Source: a virus (lineage: Duplodnaviria; Caudoviricetes). From it: a DNA stretch of 64,000 bases. Where the stretch lies: positions 2,185-66,184 of IMG/VR virus record IMGVR_UViG_2974753385_000001, one strand, 5' to 3'. Position numbers and translations under genes: made by a program. Below are positions 46,430 to 55,156 of this stretch, piece after piece (the stretch's first letter is position 1; every line of letters begins with the position of its first letter). The notes beneath the pieces were generated by a model that made no database searches, was not told the origin of the DNA, and saw nothing but the letters and a program-made list of their open reading frames with translations.

Positions 46430-47278
46430 TCAGAGGGCGCTGCGGCGCTTCCGGCCCGTGGTCTTCTTGGGCTCCGGCTCGGGCTCGGGCTCCGGCTCGT
46501 CGTCGTCGTCGTCTTCGGCGACGTAGCCGTCCTCGTCCGAGTCCTCGTCGACGTAGTCGACCCCATCGTCGTCGTCGTCGTCCGAGTCGTCCGAGTCGTC
46601 CGAGTCGTCCGAGTCGTCGTCGGGCTCGACGGCGGCCGCCTCGTCGTCCTCGACGATGATGTCGTCGGTATCGACGTCGTCGTCCTCGATGATCTCGTCA
46701 TCAGCTCCCGACGCGGGAACCTCGTGGTCCGACGGGTAGATGTCGTTGATGCGGAGCTGGCGGACGGTCTTCTTCTCGATCTTGCCGTCGACCTTCTCCT
46801 TCACGACATAGCTGTCGTTCTTGGTAGAGACGACGACGGGGATGCCCTTGAAACCCTTCCCGGCCAGGGAGAACTTGCCGAGCTTGGTGATCTTGTCGCC
46901 CTTGTCGTCGAGAACGGCGCTGCCACCCCAGAAGACGCTGCGGAGCTTGTCGTCGCCGGAGATCGCGTCGAGCAAGCGGTTGATCTGGCCGACCTGGAGG
47001 TCGACGTACTCGTCCTCCATGCTCTCGGGGATCACGAGGCGATGGAAGATCGCGTAGCCGTTGTACTTCGCGTTCTCGTGCCCCTTCGGCGCGTCGAACT
47101 CGACGACGGCGACCAGCATCGTCTTGTCGCCAGCCTTCGTCGGCTTGATCTGGAGCTGCTTGATCACAGCGCCGTAGACCCCCACCGGCGGGGTCGGGCC
47201 GGTGTAGTTCTTGAATCCGGTGACAGCCTCGACCTTGGCGGCCTCGGCACCGATGTTGAGCTTCAGCTTGATGCCCAT
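46430..47278 (-). CDS. putative single-stranded DNA-binding protein with long acidic tail
   Basis: OB-like N-half, D/E-rich C-tail; adjacent to AAA ATPase and Cas4-like nuclease. Confidence 0.7.
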   Translation of the reverse strand: MGIKLKLNIGAEAAKVEAVTGFKNYTGPTPPVGVYGAVIKQLQIKPTKAGDKTMLVAVVEFDAPKGHENAKYNGYAIFHRLVIPESMEDEYVDLQVGQINRLLDAISGDDKLRSVFWGGSAVLDDKGDKITKLGKFSLAGKGFKGIPVVVSTKNDSYVVKEKVDGKIEKKTVRQLRINDIYPSDHEVPASGADDEIIEDDDVDTDDIIVEDDEAAAVEPDDDSDDSDDSDDSDDDDDDGVDYVDEDSDEDGYVAEDDDDDEPEPEPEPEPKKTTGRKRRSAL

Positions 47279-47293
47279 GTGGGTGTTGTTCTC

Positions 47294-48091
47294 CTACTTC
47301 TGCGAGGGATTCGCGTCGTCCTCGACGGCGTTTGCCGCCAAGATCTTCTCGGTGATCTGCGCCAGATTCTTGTTGACGGTCTGGCGGCCGAGGCAGTCGA
47401 AACGGTCCTTGGCGATCACGTCGTCGGTCCCGTGCCACTGGATGACGCGGGCCTTGGTGGTTTTCTGGGTCTTCGCGTTGGTGACGTTGGTGAAGTGCAT
47501 GTAGCCGACACAGTGCATCTGCGCGGCCACCCAGTTCGCGACCTTGTAACCCTGGCCGTGCATGTTGGGGAGCCGGAACTCCTCCCCCTTCTCGTTCTCT
47601 ACCAGCATCGAGTGCGCGGTCCAGAGCTTGTTCACGTTCGGCAGGTCGTTGACCAGGGTCACGAAGCGCATCAGGCGCATCTGGTCCTCGCCGTACTCTT
47701 CGAGCTGCACCTTGTCGAGCGATCCGCCCTTCAGCTCGAAGCGTTCCTCGACGATCGACCGGCGGATGTTGAGCTGAAGCTGCGTGACGGTGTCGACGCA
47801 GATCCAGTCGAACGGGAAGCCGTCCTTGGCGGTGTTGTCCACCAGCCACTCGTAGGCCTGCTCGAACTTCTCCCACGAGTTGACGCAGTCCCAGACCTTC
47901 GACTGGCCGCCCGCCTTGCGCGCGGAGATCGTGCCGTTCTCGGTGGCGAGAAAGAGGGTCTTGGCCGCACCAGCGAAGCGGGTCTTGCCGATGCCGGGGT
48001 CGCCGTAGACGAGCATCGAGATGCTCTCGGTGTAGTCCTCGATGCCGACGATGTCATCGGGGAGCTCGAAGGCGTCTTCAGGGTTACTCAT
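47294..48091 (-). CDS. AAA ATPase (Sak4/RadA-like annealing protein)
   Basis: YGDPGIGKT, CVDTVT, AKDR; ATG 48091 after GAGGAG. Confidence 0.85.
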   Translation of the reverse strand: MSNPEDAFELPDDIVGIEDYTESISMLVYGDPGIGKTRFAGAAKTLFLATENGTISARKAGGQSKVWDCVNSWEKFEQAYEWLVDNTAKDGFPFDWICVDTVTQLQLNIRRSIVEERFELKGGSLDKVQLEEYGEDQMRLMRFVTLVNDLPNVNKLWTAHSMLVENEKGEEFRLPNMHGQGYKVANWVAAQMHCVGYMHFTNVTNAKTQKTTKARVIQWHGTDDVIAKDRFDCLGRQTVNKNLAQITEKILAANAVEDDANPSQK

Positions 48092-48107
48092 GGTCTCCTC
48101 TGTCTGT

Positions 48108-48147
48108 GTTGACGTCAACTGTATCAGAACTTTCCCGCCGAGTCTAG
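48108..48147 (-). promoter_or_regulatory. promoter TAGACT-N17-TACAGT with perfect GTTGACGTCAAC overlapping the transcription start
   Basis: Palindrome 48108-48119 immediately downstream of the -10. Confidence 0.7.
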
Positions 48148-49343
48148 AAGTCGCCCTTGCGCTCCTCGCGGTGCGCCTCGTAGGGGTCACGTACGTGGTA
48201 GGCGACCGACTTCAGCATCTCCACGTCCCCGCCGTTCTCGTCGGCCAGGCAGAGGTTGTAGAAGTCGCAGTCCCAGGTGCAGTCCGACGTCGGGGTCTTG
48301 TACAGCGGGAGCAGCCCGTCGCGCATCGCGTTCATCGACGCGACCTCGTCGGCGATCCGCTGGATCTGCTGGCGGCGCTCCTTCGAGGTGCGATACACCG
48401 GTTCCCGGTGGAACCGCGGCGAGGGCTGCTTGTTGGACACGTCCCCGAGCACCACTAGGTCCAGCTCGTCGGCCTCTTCCTCCAACGCGGCGAGAGCCAT
48501 CTTCTTGAGCTCGGCCTCCCGCTTCGGGCCGACCTCGTCGACCCAGAGCTGCGAGAGGCCGTCGTCGGCGTACTTCTTCGCCTCGACCTCCAACAGCGCC
48601 TCGACGAAGTGGCTCTTCTTGGGCTTGTTCGTCGCGAGACCCTGCTCGTTGACCGGTCGCTCGTCCGGCGGAGCCTTCATCAGGAAGTTGTAGAGGATCC
48701 CCGAGATCCGCTCGTTCTTCCCGATGGTGCCGTCGCGCCGGAGGACGTTGTCTGCCACCGCCCAGTAGCCGCCTGCCTGGTCGTCGAGCGGGAGGTGGTT
48801 GGTGCGGATCGAGCGCGCCGTCTTGTGGTCCCAGAGCCAGATCTTGCCGGTGGCCTGGTCCCGCGCGACGATGTCGAAGGTGCCGTGGAACTTGGCGACC
48901 GGGGTGGTGTCCTTCGGCCGCTCGGGGTCGATCCCGGTCGAGCGGGGGATGGTCACCCCGAAGGGCCGCTCCGGCGAGAGGATCTCCCACTGCTCGTCGT
49001 GTCCATAGGTCACCAGGTAGTTGTCGAGCATCGCCAGGCCGACGCCCTCGGCGTCCATCACCACCTGCTCCGGCTCGCCGGGGATGCCGCTGTCGCGCAT
49101 CTCGACGCGGATCAGCTCGCGCACCTCTTCGCAGTACTCCGACCAGGTCTCGCGCAGGTCTCGTCCCCGCTCGGTGCCGGGGATGTACCAGTGCTCGAAG
49201 GCCAGGTGAATGCCGGTGCCGAACCACAGCGGGAGCTTGCGCTTGTTCGACTCCAGCCCATCGCGCCAAGCCCACCACCAACGCTGCGGGCACCGCTTGA
49301 AATCCTTGCGCTCCGACCCGCGGAGCAGAGGGAGGTCAGTCAT
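48144..49343 (-). CDS. Cas4/RecB-like PD-(D/E)XK exonuclease
   Basis: CPQRWWW, FGTGIH.A.E, GTFDIV...DHKT, C.W.CDF..LC. Confidence 0.88.
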   Translation of the reverse strand: MTDLPLLRGSERKDFKRCPQRWWWAWRDGLESNKRKLPLWFGTGIHLAFEHWYIPGTERGRDLRETWSEYCEEVRELIRVEMRDSGIPGEPEQVVMDAEGVGLAMLDNYLVTYGHDEQWEILSPERPFGVTIPRSTGIDPERPKDTTPVAKFHGTFDIVARDQATGKIWLWDHKTARSIRTNHLPLDDQAGGYWAVADNVLRRDGTIGKNERISGILYNFLMKAPPDERPVNEQGLATNKPKKSHFVEALLEVEAKKYADDGLSQLWVDEVGPKREAELKKMALAALEEEADELDLVVLGDVSNKQPSPRFHREPVYRTSKERRQQIQRIADEVASMNAMRDGLLPLYKTPTSDCTWDCDFYNLCLADENGGDVEMLKSVAYHVRDPYEAHREERKGDF

Positions 49344-49641
49344 CGCTGGCGAGCATGATCTCGCTCGCGAGACTGATCACGTGCCGACGACTGATTTCCA
49401 GCATCGTCACGTGGTTCTCGCCGTTCATCTTCGAGGCCTTCGGGTTCCCCGCCTCGCGGATCGGTAGGTAGGTGAGCATGTGGTCGTCATCGTTCTCGAC
49501 GACGTAGCCGACGAACTCGCGGATCATGCCGCCGTCGCCGACCTGGTAGCGCAGGGTCGACAGCATCTCGGACAGCAGGCCGTAGCGACCCTCGACCCAT
49601 TCCTGGATCTTCTGGTCGACGTGGGGTCGATGGGTGGTCAT
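49336..49641 (-). CDS. hypothetical protein
   Basis: RBS GAAAGGAA then ATG 49641. Confidence 0.75.
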   Translation of the reverse strand: MTTHRPHVDQKIQEWVEGRYGLLSEMLSTLRYQVGDGGMIREFVGYVVENDDDHMLTYLPIREAGNPKASKMNGENHVTMLEISRRHVISLASEIMLASDD

Positions 49642-49672
49642 GGTGTTCCTTTCGCGGGGCAGATGGACGCTA

Positions 49673-49852
49673 TCAGGGCAGTCGGACAGGGGTCTGGTTG
49701 ACTGCGCCGCAGTCGAGGCAGACGGTCTGGCCGAGCCGGACCACACCGACCGGGACGCCGTCCTGGGTGGCCGGTCGGGTCATCCAGTCCTTGACCGTCG
49801 TGCGCTTGTGCTTGCACCGCTTCTCGGCGCGGCGCGTGGCGCGGTTAGACAT
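49673..49852 (-). CDS. 59-aa Cys-containing protein
   Basis: CKH...CLDCG; SD AAGGAG. Confidence 0.6.
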   Translation of the reverse strand: MSNRATRRAEKRCKHKRTTVKDWMTRPATQDGVPVGVVRLGQTVCLDCGAVNQTPVRLP

Positions 49853-50138
49853 CCGCGTTCTCCTTCGCGTAGTGGCGGCGGCAGAGGCCGTCGGTGACGA
49901 CCGGCGCGGTGCAATCGGGGTCGCCGAGACACTCTGGCATCCGGCGGGTGGGGGTGCTGACGATCGGCGGGAGCCCAAGGTCGTCCTCGCGCCGGGTGCC
50001 GATCTTCTTGCGGATCTCTCGCTCGCGGGTCCACTTTTCGGCGGACTCGTTGGTGGCGCAGCGCGCCGAGCAGAACCGCTGCGCTACGCGATACTTCGTC
50101 GGGGTGAACTCGGCCCCGCAGCGGCGGCACTTCTTCAT
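49845..50138 (-). CDS. putative zinc-finger protein
   Basis: CRRC...FCSARC and C..C...LCRRH; ATG 50138 coupled to the helicase stop. Confidence 0.7.
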   Translation of the reverse strand: MKKCRRCGAEFTPTKYRVAQRFCSARCATNESAEKWTREREIRKKIGTRREDDLGLPPIVSTPTRRMPECLGDPDCTAPVVTDGLCRRHYAKENADV

Positions 50139-52216
50139 GCGGCCTTCCTCTTCTCTCGGGTGATCGGGGTGAGCAGCGAGCGAGCGAAGTTGACCCCGCG
50201 CTGCCCGTCGATGAGCATCTTCGTGAGCCGCTCGCGGCTGCCGGTGGTGAACGCGATGTTCTCCTCGACGGTGCCGAGCGACCGCAGGTAGTGGATGGTC
50301 ACCTGGTGGATCCGCGACACGCGGTGGATGCGGTCCTCGACCTGCTCCTGCTCGTCGGGAATCCACGTCTCGTCGAGGAACACCAGGTCGTCGGCGGCGT
50401 CAAGGGTGAGCGAGACACCACCGGCGGCGGTGTTCAGCAGGAACACCCGCGGTCCGCCGGGCTGCTGCCAGCGGTCCTTGTTCGCCTTGCGCTGCGCTTG
50501 GCTGACCTTGCCGGTGACCTTCAGGCACTCGATCCCTAGCTTCGCCAGCTCAGCCTCGTACATGTCGAGGATCGAGGTGAACTGCGAGGCCACAACCACC
50601 TTGCGCTCCTCCCCCTCCTCGTCGAGCTCGGTCGACATGTTCTTGTTGATCCCCAGCCCGTCGAGGAACTCGACCAGCCAGTTGAACTTGTTCGACGGCA
50701 TCTGCGGCAGGAAGCGGTAGGCCTCCTCCCCGTCCTTCATGAACGTCTCGATGTCGCCGTGGCAGATCGCGAACTGCTTCAGGCGGGTGAGCTCGGCGAG
50801 GAACGTCGAGGCGACCAGCACGCCGGAGTCGAGCATGGTCTCGGCCTGCTCGGCGATCTCGCGGTAGGCCTTGGCCTGCTTGGGCTCCATGTCCAGCCAG
50901 TGCCCGACCGGCGAGTGCTCGTCGACGAACCCGGTGTCGGGGTTGGGCAGCGGGGTTCCGGCGTAGAGCTTGTCCGGCAGCTCCGGCCGCACCTCGCGCT
51001 TGGTCCGGCGCAGCATGATCGGCGCGATGTCCTCGTAGAACAGCTTCGCCTTGGTCTCGTCGAGACCGGCGATCTCGACGTTGCCCGCGCCACGGCCCTC
51101 GCTGTTGCGCGGGTCGCCGAGCACGTGGAACCACTGCTGCGCCCACGACCAGTAGGCGTGGTACTTGACCGGGTAGAGCCAGTTCAGGGTGCCCCAGAGG
51201 TTCTCCGGCTTCCCGCGGAACGGGGTGCCCGAGAGCGCGATCTTCAGGCCGTTCTCGGCGACCGGGATCATCCCGGCACCGGCGCGGACCTGCGTCTGGG
51301 ACTGTGGGGTGGCCGAGTGGCAGATCAGGCAGCGGTGGCTTTCGTCGATGACGAATGCCGCCCACTCCCGCTCGTGGAGCTGCGGGTACTTGTGGTCCCA
51401 CCAGCCCTTCTCCTCGAACCAGCCCATCTGGCCGGTGCGCTTGTGCGGTCGGCGGACCCGGCGCGGCTTGACCCACTCGGTGCGCATCATCTCCAGATTG
51501 ATGATGACCCAGCGGCGGCGGTCGGTCGGCGCGGGGCCGAGGCCTTCGAGGATCTTCTTGCGCTTCGGCCCGGTCCCCATCACCGGCACGACCTCGTCGT
51601 TGGGGACCCACGTCGCGAGCTCGTCCGGCCAGGTGGTCGCCACGGCGATCGACGGGGCCGCCACCAGGATGTCGCCGACGGTCTGGCTCTCGACCATCGC
51701 GCCGATGGTCTGGAGCGTCTTGCCGAGGCCGGGGTGATCGGCCAGCAGTGCCCGGCGGGTGTGGGTAAGGAAAGCGACCCCCGCCCGCTGGTAGGGGTGG
51801 ACGACGCGGTTGATTGCCGGGACCTCGCGAGCGAAGTGCTCGGACAGTTCGGCGTCGCTGCTCGCGCTGGCGAAGTTCTCGATCGCGCCGAGCCGCTCGA
51901 TCTCCTCCAGCGCCCACTCGTTGAGGCCCTCGGAGATCTCCAGCTTCTCGCCGAAAGTCTCGCGCAGCGCCTTGCAGTTGGTCAGCGACAACGGGAGCTG
52001 GCCGCCGCCGGAGGTGACCTTCAGCCCGCCAAGGCCTTTCAGCGCCTCCTGGTTGCGCTTGCGGTGGACGACCGGCAGGCCACTGGGCCACCAGACCTCG
52101 ATCCCGGTGGTGGCGGTGTCGTCGTCGGCTAGTTCTGCCCAGACACCGCCAGCTCGCAGGCACTCGATGCGTTCGAGAACGGATGGGTTGTCGGATTCGA
52201 GCTCGATGGCGGCCAA
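50135..52216 (-). CDS. SNF2/DEAD-like DNA helicase
   Basis: LLADHPGLGKT, IDESH, LSGTP, GGVSLTL..A, QVEDRIHR; TTG 52216 after GGAG. Confidence 0.92.
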   Translation of the reverse strand: MAAIELESDNPSVLERIECLRAGGVWAELADDDTATTGIEVWWPSGLPVVHRKRNQEALKGLGGLKVTSGGGQLPLSLTNCKALRETFGEKLEISEGLNEWALEEIERLGAIENFASASSDAELSEHFAREVPAINRVVHPYQRAGVAFLTHTRRALLADHPGLGKTLQTIGAMVESQTVGDILVAAPSIAVATTWPDELATWVPNDEVVPVMGTGPKRKKILEGLGPAPTDRRRWVIINLEMMRTEWVKPRRVRRPHKRTGQMGWFEEKGWWDHKYPQLHEREWAAFVIDESHRCLICHSATPQSQTQVRAGAGMIPVAENGLKIALSGTPFRGKPENLWGTLNWLYPVKYHAYWSWAQQWFHVLGDPRNSEGRGAGNVEIAGLDETKAKLFYEDIAPIMLRRTKREVRPELPDKLYAGTPLPNPDTGFVDEHSPVGHWLDMEPKQAKAYREIAEQAETMLDSGVLVASTFLAELTRLKQFAICHGDIETFMKDGEEAYRFLPQMPSNKFNWLVEFLDGLGINKNMSTELDEEGEERKVVVASQFTSILDMYEAELAKLGIECLKVTGKVSQAQRKANKDRWQQPGGPRVFLLNTAAGGVSLTLDAADDLVFLDETWIPDEQEQVEDRIHRVSRIHQVTIHYLRSLGTVEENIAFTTGSRERLTKMLIDGQRGVNFARSLLTPITREKRKAA

Positions 52217-52722
52217 GGGATGTTCTCTCCGTTGATGATCTGGTCGTGGAGGGTGGTCAATTTCTCGGTGTACTGTTCGGTGTTCTCGCGGCCGGTGAAG
52301 CTCACCCCGGCCCAAACCCCGGTCAGCCGCCCGTACTTGCCGTGGAGCTTGGCGAGATCCTGCGCAACCACCATCGCGTCCCGAGAGCATAGGTCGAGGA
52401 ACGGACACTCCTCGGTGCAGATCCGCGCGACGTCTTTCTGCCGCTGCTTCTCGCGGATGTGCCAGGACGTCGACCGGCGGTTCTTCTCGTGCTGTTCCTC
52501 GTCCTCGTCAGGGGTGATGAAGGTGTCCCAGTCGAAGTCGCATGGCTTCATCTCCATGCGCCAGTCGCGCTGCCTCTCGGGAACGTCGGGAACCACGAAG
52601 TGCATCACCGGATTCTTCTGCGGCGCAGGGCCGATGAACTTCTTGCGGTCGGGGTCTCGGAGACTGCTCTGGATGCGCTGGCCGGTGATGGAGATCGAGC
52701 TCGCGCGTGCGCCCTGCCTCAC
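52129..52722 (-). CDS. whiB: WhiB family transcription factor (extended)
   Basis: PC...RICTEECPFLDLC...GVWAG. Confidence 0.75.
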   Translation of the reverse strand: MRQGARASSISITGQRIQSSLRDPDRKKFIGPAPQKNPVMHFVVPDVPERQRDWRMEMKPCDFDWDTFITPDEDEEQHEKNRRSTSWHIREKQRQKDVARICTEECPFLDLCSRDAMVVAQDLAKLHGKYGRLTGVWAGVSFTGRENTEQYTEKLTTLHDQIINGENIPWPPSSSNPTTHPFSNASSACELAVSGQN

Positions 52723-52898
52723 TCTCCGGCGACCTTCTGTCCGCCGACCGACACGACCCGAGGGGTCGAGGTGTGGCTCTCGCTGTGGATGGCGACGCCG
52801 ATGTCGGCGTGGCGCTCGATGGCCTCGTTCTCATCGGTCGCCATGATGCTGAACGTGGTGGTCGTGATCTGCTCGACCTCGACGATGTACTCCTGCAT
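52719..52898 (-). CDS. 59-aa hypothetical protein (below ORF-track cutoff)
   Basis: MQEYIVEVEQITTTTFSIMATDENEAIERH...; SD AGGAG; coupled to whiB. Confidence 0.7.
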   Translation of the reverse strand: MQEYIVEVEQITTTTFSIMATDENEAIERHADIGVAIHSESHTSTPRVVSVGGQKVAGE

Positions 52899-52936
52899 TG
52901 GGGTTCTCCTGGAGGGGTAGGTAGTTGGACGTGCTA

Positions 52937-52965
52937 ATGATATGCGGTTGACGTCAATTCGTCAA
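52937..52965 (-). promoter_or_regulatory. SigA-like promoter TTGACG-N17-TATCAT with ATTGACGTCAAC in the spacer
   Basis: -35 at 52960-52965, -10 at 52937-52942. Confidence 0.8.
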
Positions 52966-52966
52966 G

Positions 52967-53092
52967 TCAGAGGTGGTAGAAGTGGTTCGGACTCACGAGG
53001 TAGTAGATGGACGGGATCCAGAACACGATCCATCCGAACAGCAGGTGCTTGGTCGCCGAGTGTCCGGTCTGGACACGGGTGTAGTTGCTCAC
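52967..53092 (-). CDS. 41-aa membrane microprotein
   Basis: MSNYTRVQTGHSATKHLLFGWIVFWIPSIYYLVSPNHFYHL; GTGA-coupled; strong GC3 bias. Confidence 0.7.
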   Translation of the reverse strand: MSNYTRVQTGHSATKHLLFGWIVFWIPSIYYLVSPNHFYHL

Positions 53093-53559
53093 CGGGGTAC
53101 CTCCGACTGCGTGCCGTGGTTCTGGTTGTCGACGAGCCGATCCTCGGTGACGAAGGTCTGGTCGAGGATCACGTCGCGACCGTAGATGGTGACCAGGTCG
53201 TAGTGCCGGAACGAGTACTCCTCGACCGCTCCCGCGCCGACATTCACGTGGATCTCGTTACCGTCCATGCTGATCTGACGCAGCTCGGCGATCACGATCT
53301 TCACCGACATCCCGTCGCCTCCGAACCTCTTCGGGAACCGGATGTATCGGCCGATGTCGCGGGCCATCAACTCACAGGCGTAGACCTGGACGGCGCTGTC
53401 GCCGAGTGAATGAGCGGGCTCCTCGCGAGCGACCCAGCCACTCTGAGACACCGTCGCCGCGGTGAAAGTGGCCGTGTCGTTCTTCGGCAGGTTATCCATC
53501 ATGTTGAGTTCGTCGGCCATCCGGTCGCGGTCGGCCTTCTTGGTAGCGGGCATGGTCAT
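53089..53559 (-). CDS. hypothetical protein
   Basis: ATGA coupling; ORF track. Confidence 0.75.
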   Translation of the reverse strand: MTMPATKKADRDRMADELNMMDNLPKNDTATFTAATVSQSGWVAREEPAHSLGDSAVQVYACELMARDIGRYIRFPKRFGGDGMSVKIVIAELRQISMDGNEIHVNVGAGAVEEYSFRHYDLVTIYGRDVILDQTFVTEDRLVDNQNHGTQSEVPR

Positions 53560-54506
53560 CCAATCTTCGTGACGCGGGCGAGGGCAACGGAACGGAAGCC
53601 GCCGCCGATTTCGAGGAAGTGCAGGATGCGGAGATCCTCGCCGAACTCGACGGGGTCGAACTCCGCGGGAGTGATGTGCGGCGGGTGCTTGCCGCCGTTG
53701 GCATCGACTACGGCGCGGTCGAGCGCGCCGGACAACGAGTTGCGCCAGACTACCTCGACCTTGCCCTTCGCCAGCTTGGTGAGGATCTCGGCGTTCGACA
53801 GTTCGCTGGCGACCTTCGACCAGTTGCGATCGGGGTTGGCCTGCTGGCCGCGGACCGCGGCATAGGTGCCCTGCTGCGACCAGGTCGCGTGCTCGGCGTC
53901 CTTCGGCTTGGCCTTCTCCGCGGCGGCCTTGTGCCCTAGCGCCTCGGCGGCCACCACCGCTTCGTCGGCCTTCGGCCCGGTGCCGTAGAACTCCGACACC
54001 GTCTGGTCGGCAGGATGGGCGGCACTATCGCTGCCCGTATGGGCGGCACTGTCGTCGCTGTCCGTATGGGCGGCACTGGTGGGCGGCACAGCGTCGCTCT
54101 CCTGCTGGTGGGCGGCACTATGGGCGGCACTGGTGGGCGGCACTGGGGGCGCGTCGGCGGCCCGCTCGCTGTCCTCGGCCCCGCTCGGCTGCGGCTTGAC
54201 GTGGAAGTCGTTCTCGATCGCCTCGCGCACGTCGCCGGACTCGGGGTCGAGCACCTTCTGCGCGCCGATGACGTCGACGTAGGTGACCTGGTCGCTGTCG
54301 GTGTCGGGGTCGATCGCATAGAACGCGCGGATCTCCTCTGCGCCCCACTCGTTGCCCAGGTCGCGCCGCAGCGTGACGAAGGCGAACTTCTTGTTGGCTC
54401 GGGGAGCCTTGGGGGCGACCCAGCCGTACTGCTCGGCGTGAGCAGTTATCTGCTTCGCCATGTCGAGGGCTTCGGCCTTCGCCTCTGCGAACTCTTCTGG
54501 TGTCAT
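53556..54506 (-). CDS. hypothetical protein with internal DNA repeats; first gene of the leftward arm
   Basis: SD GAGGAGG; SAAH/VPPT repeats. Confidence 0.85.
   Translation of the reverse strand: MTPEEFAEAKAEALDMAKQITAHAEQYGWVAPKAPRANKKFAFVTLRRDLGNEWGAEEIRAFYAIDPDTDSDQVTYVDVIGAQKVLDPESGDVREAIENDFHVKPQPSGAEDSERAADAPPVPPTSAAHSAAHQQESDAVPPTSAAHTDSDDSAAHTGSDSAAHPADQTVSEFYGTGPKADEAVVAAEALGHKAAAEKAKPKDAEHATWSQQGTYAAVRGQQANPDRNWSKVASELSNAEILTKLAKGKVEVVWRNSLSGALDRAVVDANGGKHPPHITPAEFDPVEFGEDLRILHFLEIGGGFRSVALARVTKIG
54016..54143. repeat. 7 copies of TGGGCGGCAC
   Basis: Starts at 54016, 54040, 54067, 54080, 54109, 54121, 54134. Confidence 0.9.
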
Positions 54507-54532
54507 GCTTCCTCCTCGGTTGAAACTCTCAA

Positions 54533-54578
54533 ATCCTAATCAGAACAACGGAACTGGTCATATTCGGCTTATTCGGCT
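54533..54578 (-). promoter_or_regulatory. leftward promoter ATGACC-N17-TAGGAT preceded by tandem TATTCGGCT x2
   Basis: -10 at 54533-54538, -35 at 54556-54561, direct repeats 54561-54578. Confidence 0.5.
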
Positions 54579-54593
54579 AGTACCCGCGTACCG

Positions 54594-54665
54594 CCCGGCT
54601 CCCGCGTCCGGCCCGGCCCCGGCCCCGGCTCCCGCGTCCGGCTCCGCGCTCGACCCCGGCTCCCG
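54594..54665 (+). repeat. GC-rich direct repeats CCCGGCTCCCGCGTCCGGC x2 plus a partial third copy
   Basis: Starts at 54594, 54624, 54655. Confidence 0.8.
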
Positions 54666-54674
54666 TGCGCGCCC

Positions 54675-54732
54675 TCGAACGCCCGTTCGACCGCCCTCGG
54701 TCGAACATCCGTTCGACCGAACCTCTGTTCGA
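54675..54732. promoter_or_regulatory. three LexA (SOS) box matches, TCGAAC-N4-GTTCGA
   Basis: Perfect at 54675-54690 and 54701-54716; one mismatch at 54717-54732. Confidence 0.7.
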
Positions 54733-55076
54733 TCCGGTGTCACTCTCGCCCGGCCGGTTGACCCGTTCGCGCTGTGCCGCGCGATCGCCGTGGTGACACC
54801 GTCGGCGCGCTCTCTCTCTGTCGCCGTGGTCGGCCGGGTGCCTTCACCCGGTGCGCGTAACCCTCGCGCTCTGACCGTGTCCCGCTGTTCTGTTCTCAAT
54901 CTGCATATGGCTTGCGCCGTTGCCAACACTGTACGGGTTGATCGCTAACCGATGCAAGTCCAATGTTGGGCGTGTCCCCCGCGGCCGGTCATCGGTGCCG
55001 GTCTCCCCCGCGAGGGGTGCGCGATCGCTCGCGCCGTTGCGGCCGACTGTACGCGACTCTCACGGTTGACGCCAAC

Positions 55077-55106
55077 TAGACAACTAGGCGAGATCTCGCC
55101 TACTGT
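55077..55106 (+). promoter_or_regulatory. promoter TAGACA-N18-TACTGT containing 18-bp palindrome TAGGCGAGATCTCGCCTA; GTTGACGCCAAC just upstream (55065-55076)
   Basis: Direct reading; precedes the RBS GAAAGGATC at 55143. Confidence 0.6.
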
Positions 55107-55156
55107 GACCCTCAACCGGCCGCACACGGCGACCGGCACACCGAAAGGATCTCCCC

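Noticed and set aside
46490-46690. Tandem GTCGTCCGA-type repeats
   Set aside because: Explained by the acidic DDS/EP tail of the SSB-like protein in a single frame.
48144-49343. Cas4-like gene as CRISPR-associated
   Set aside because: It sits with the AAA ATPase and SSB as a recombination module; solo Cas4/RecB-like nucleases are common in actinophages.
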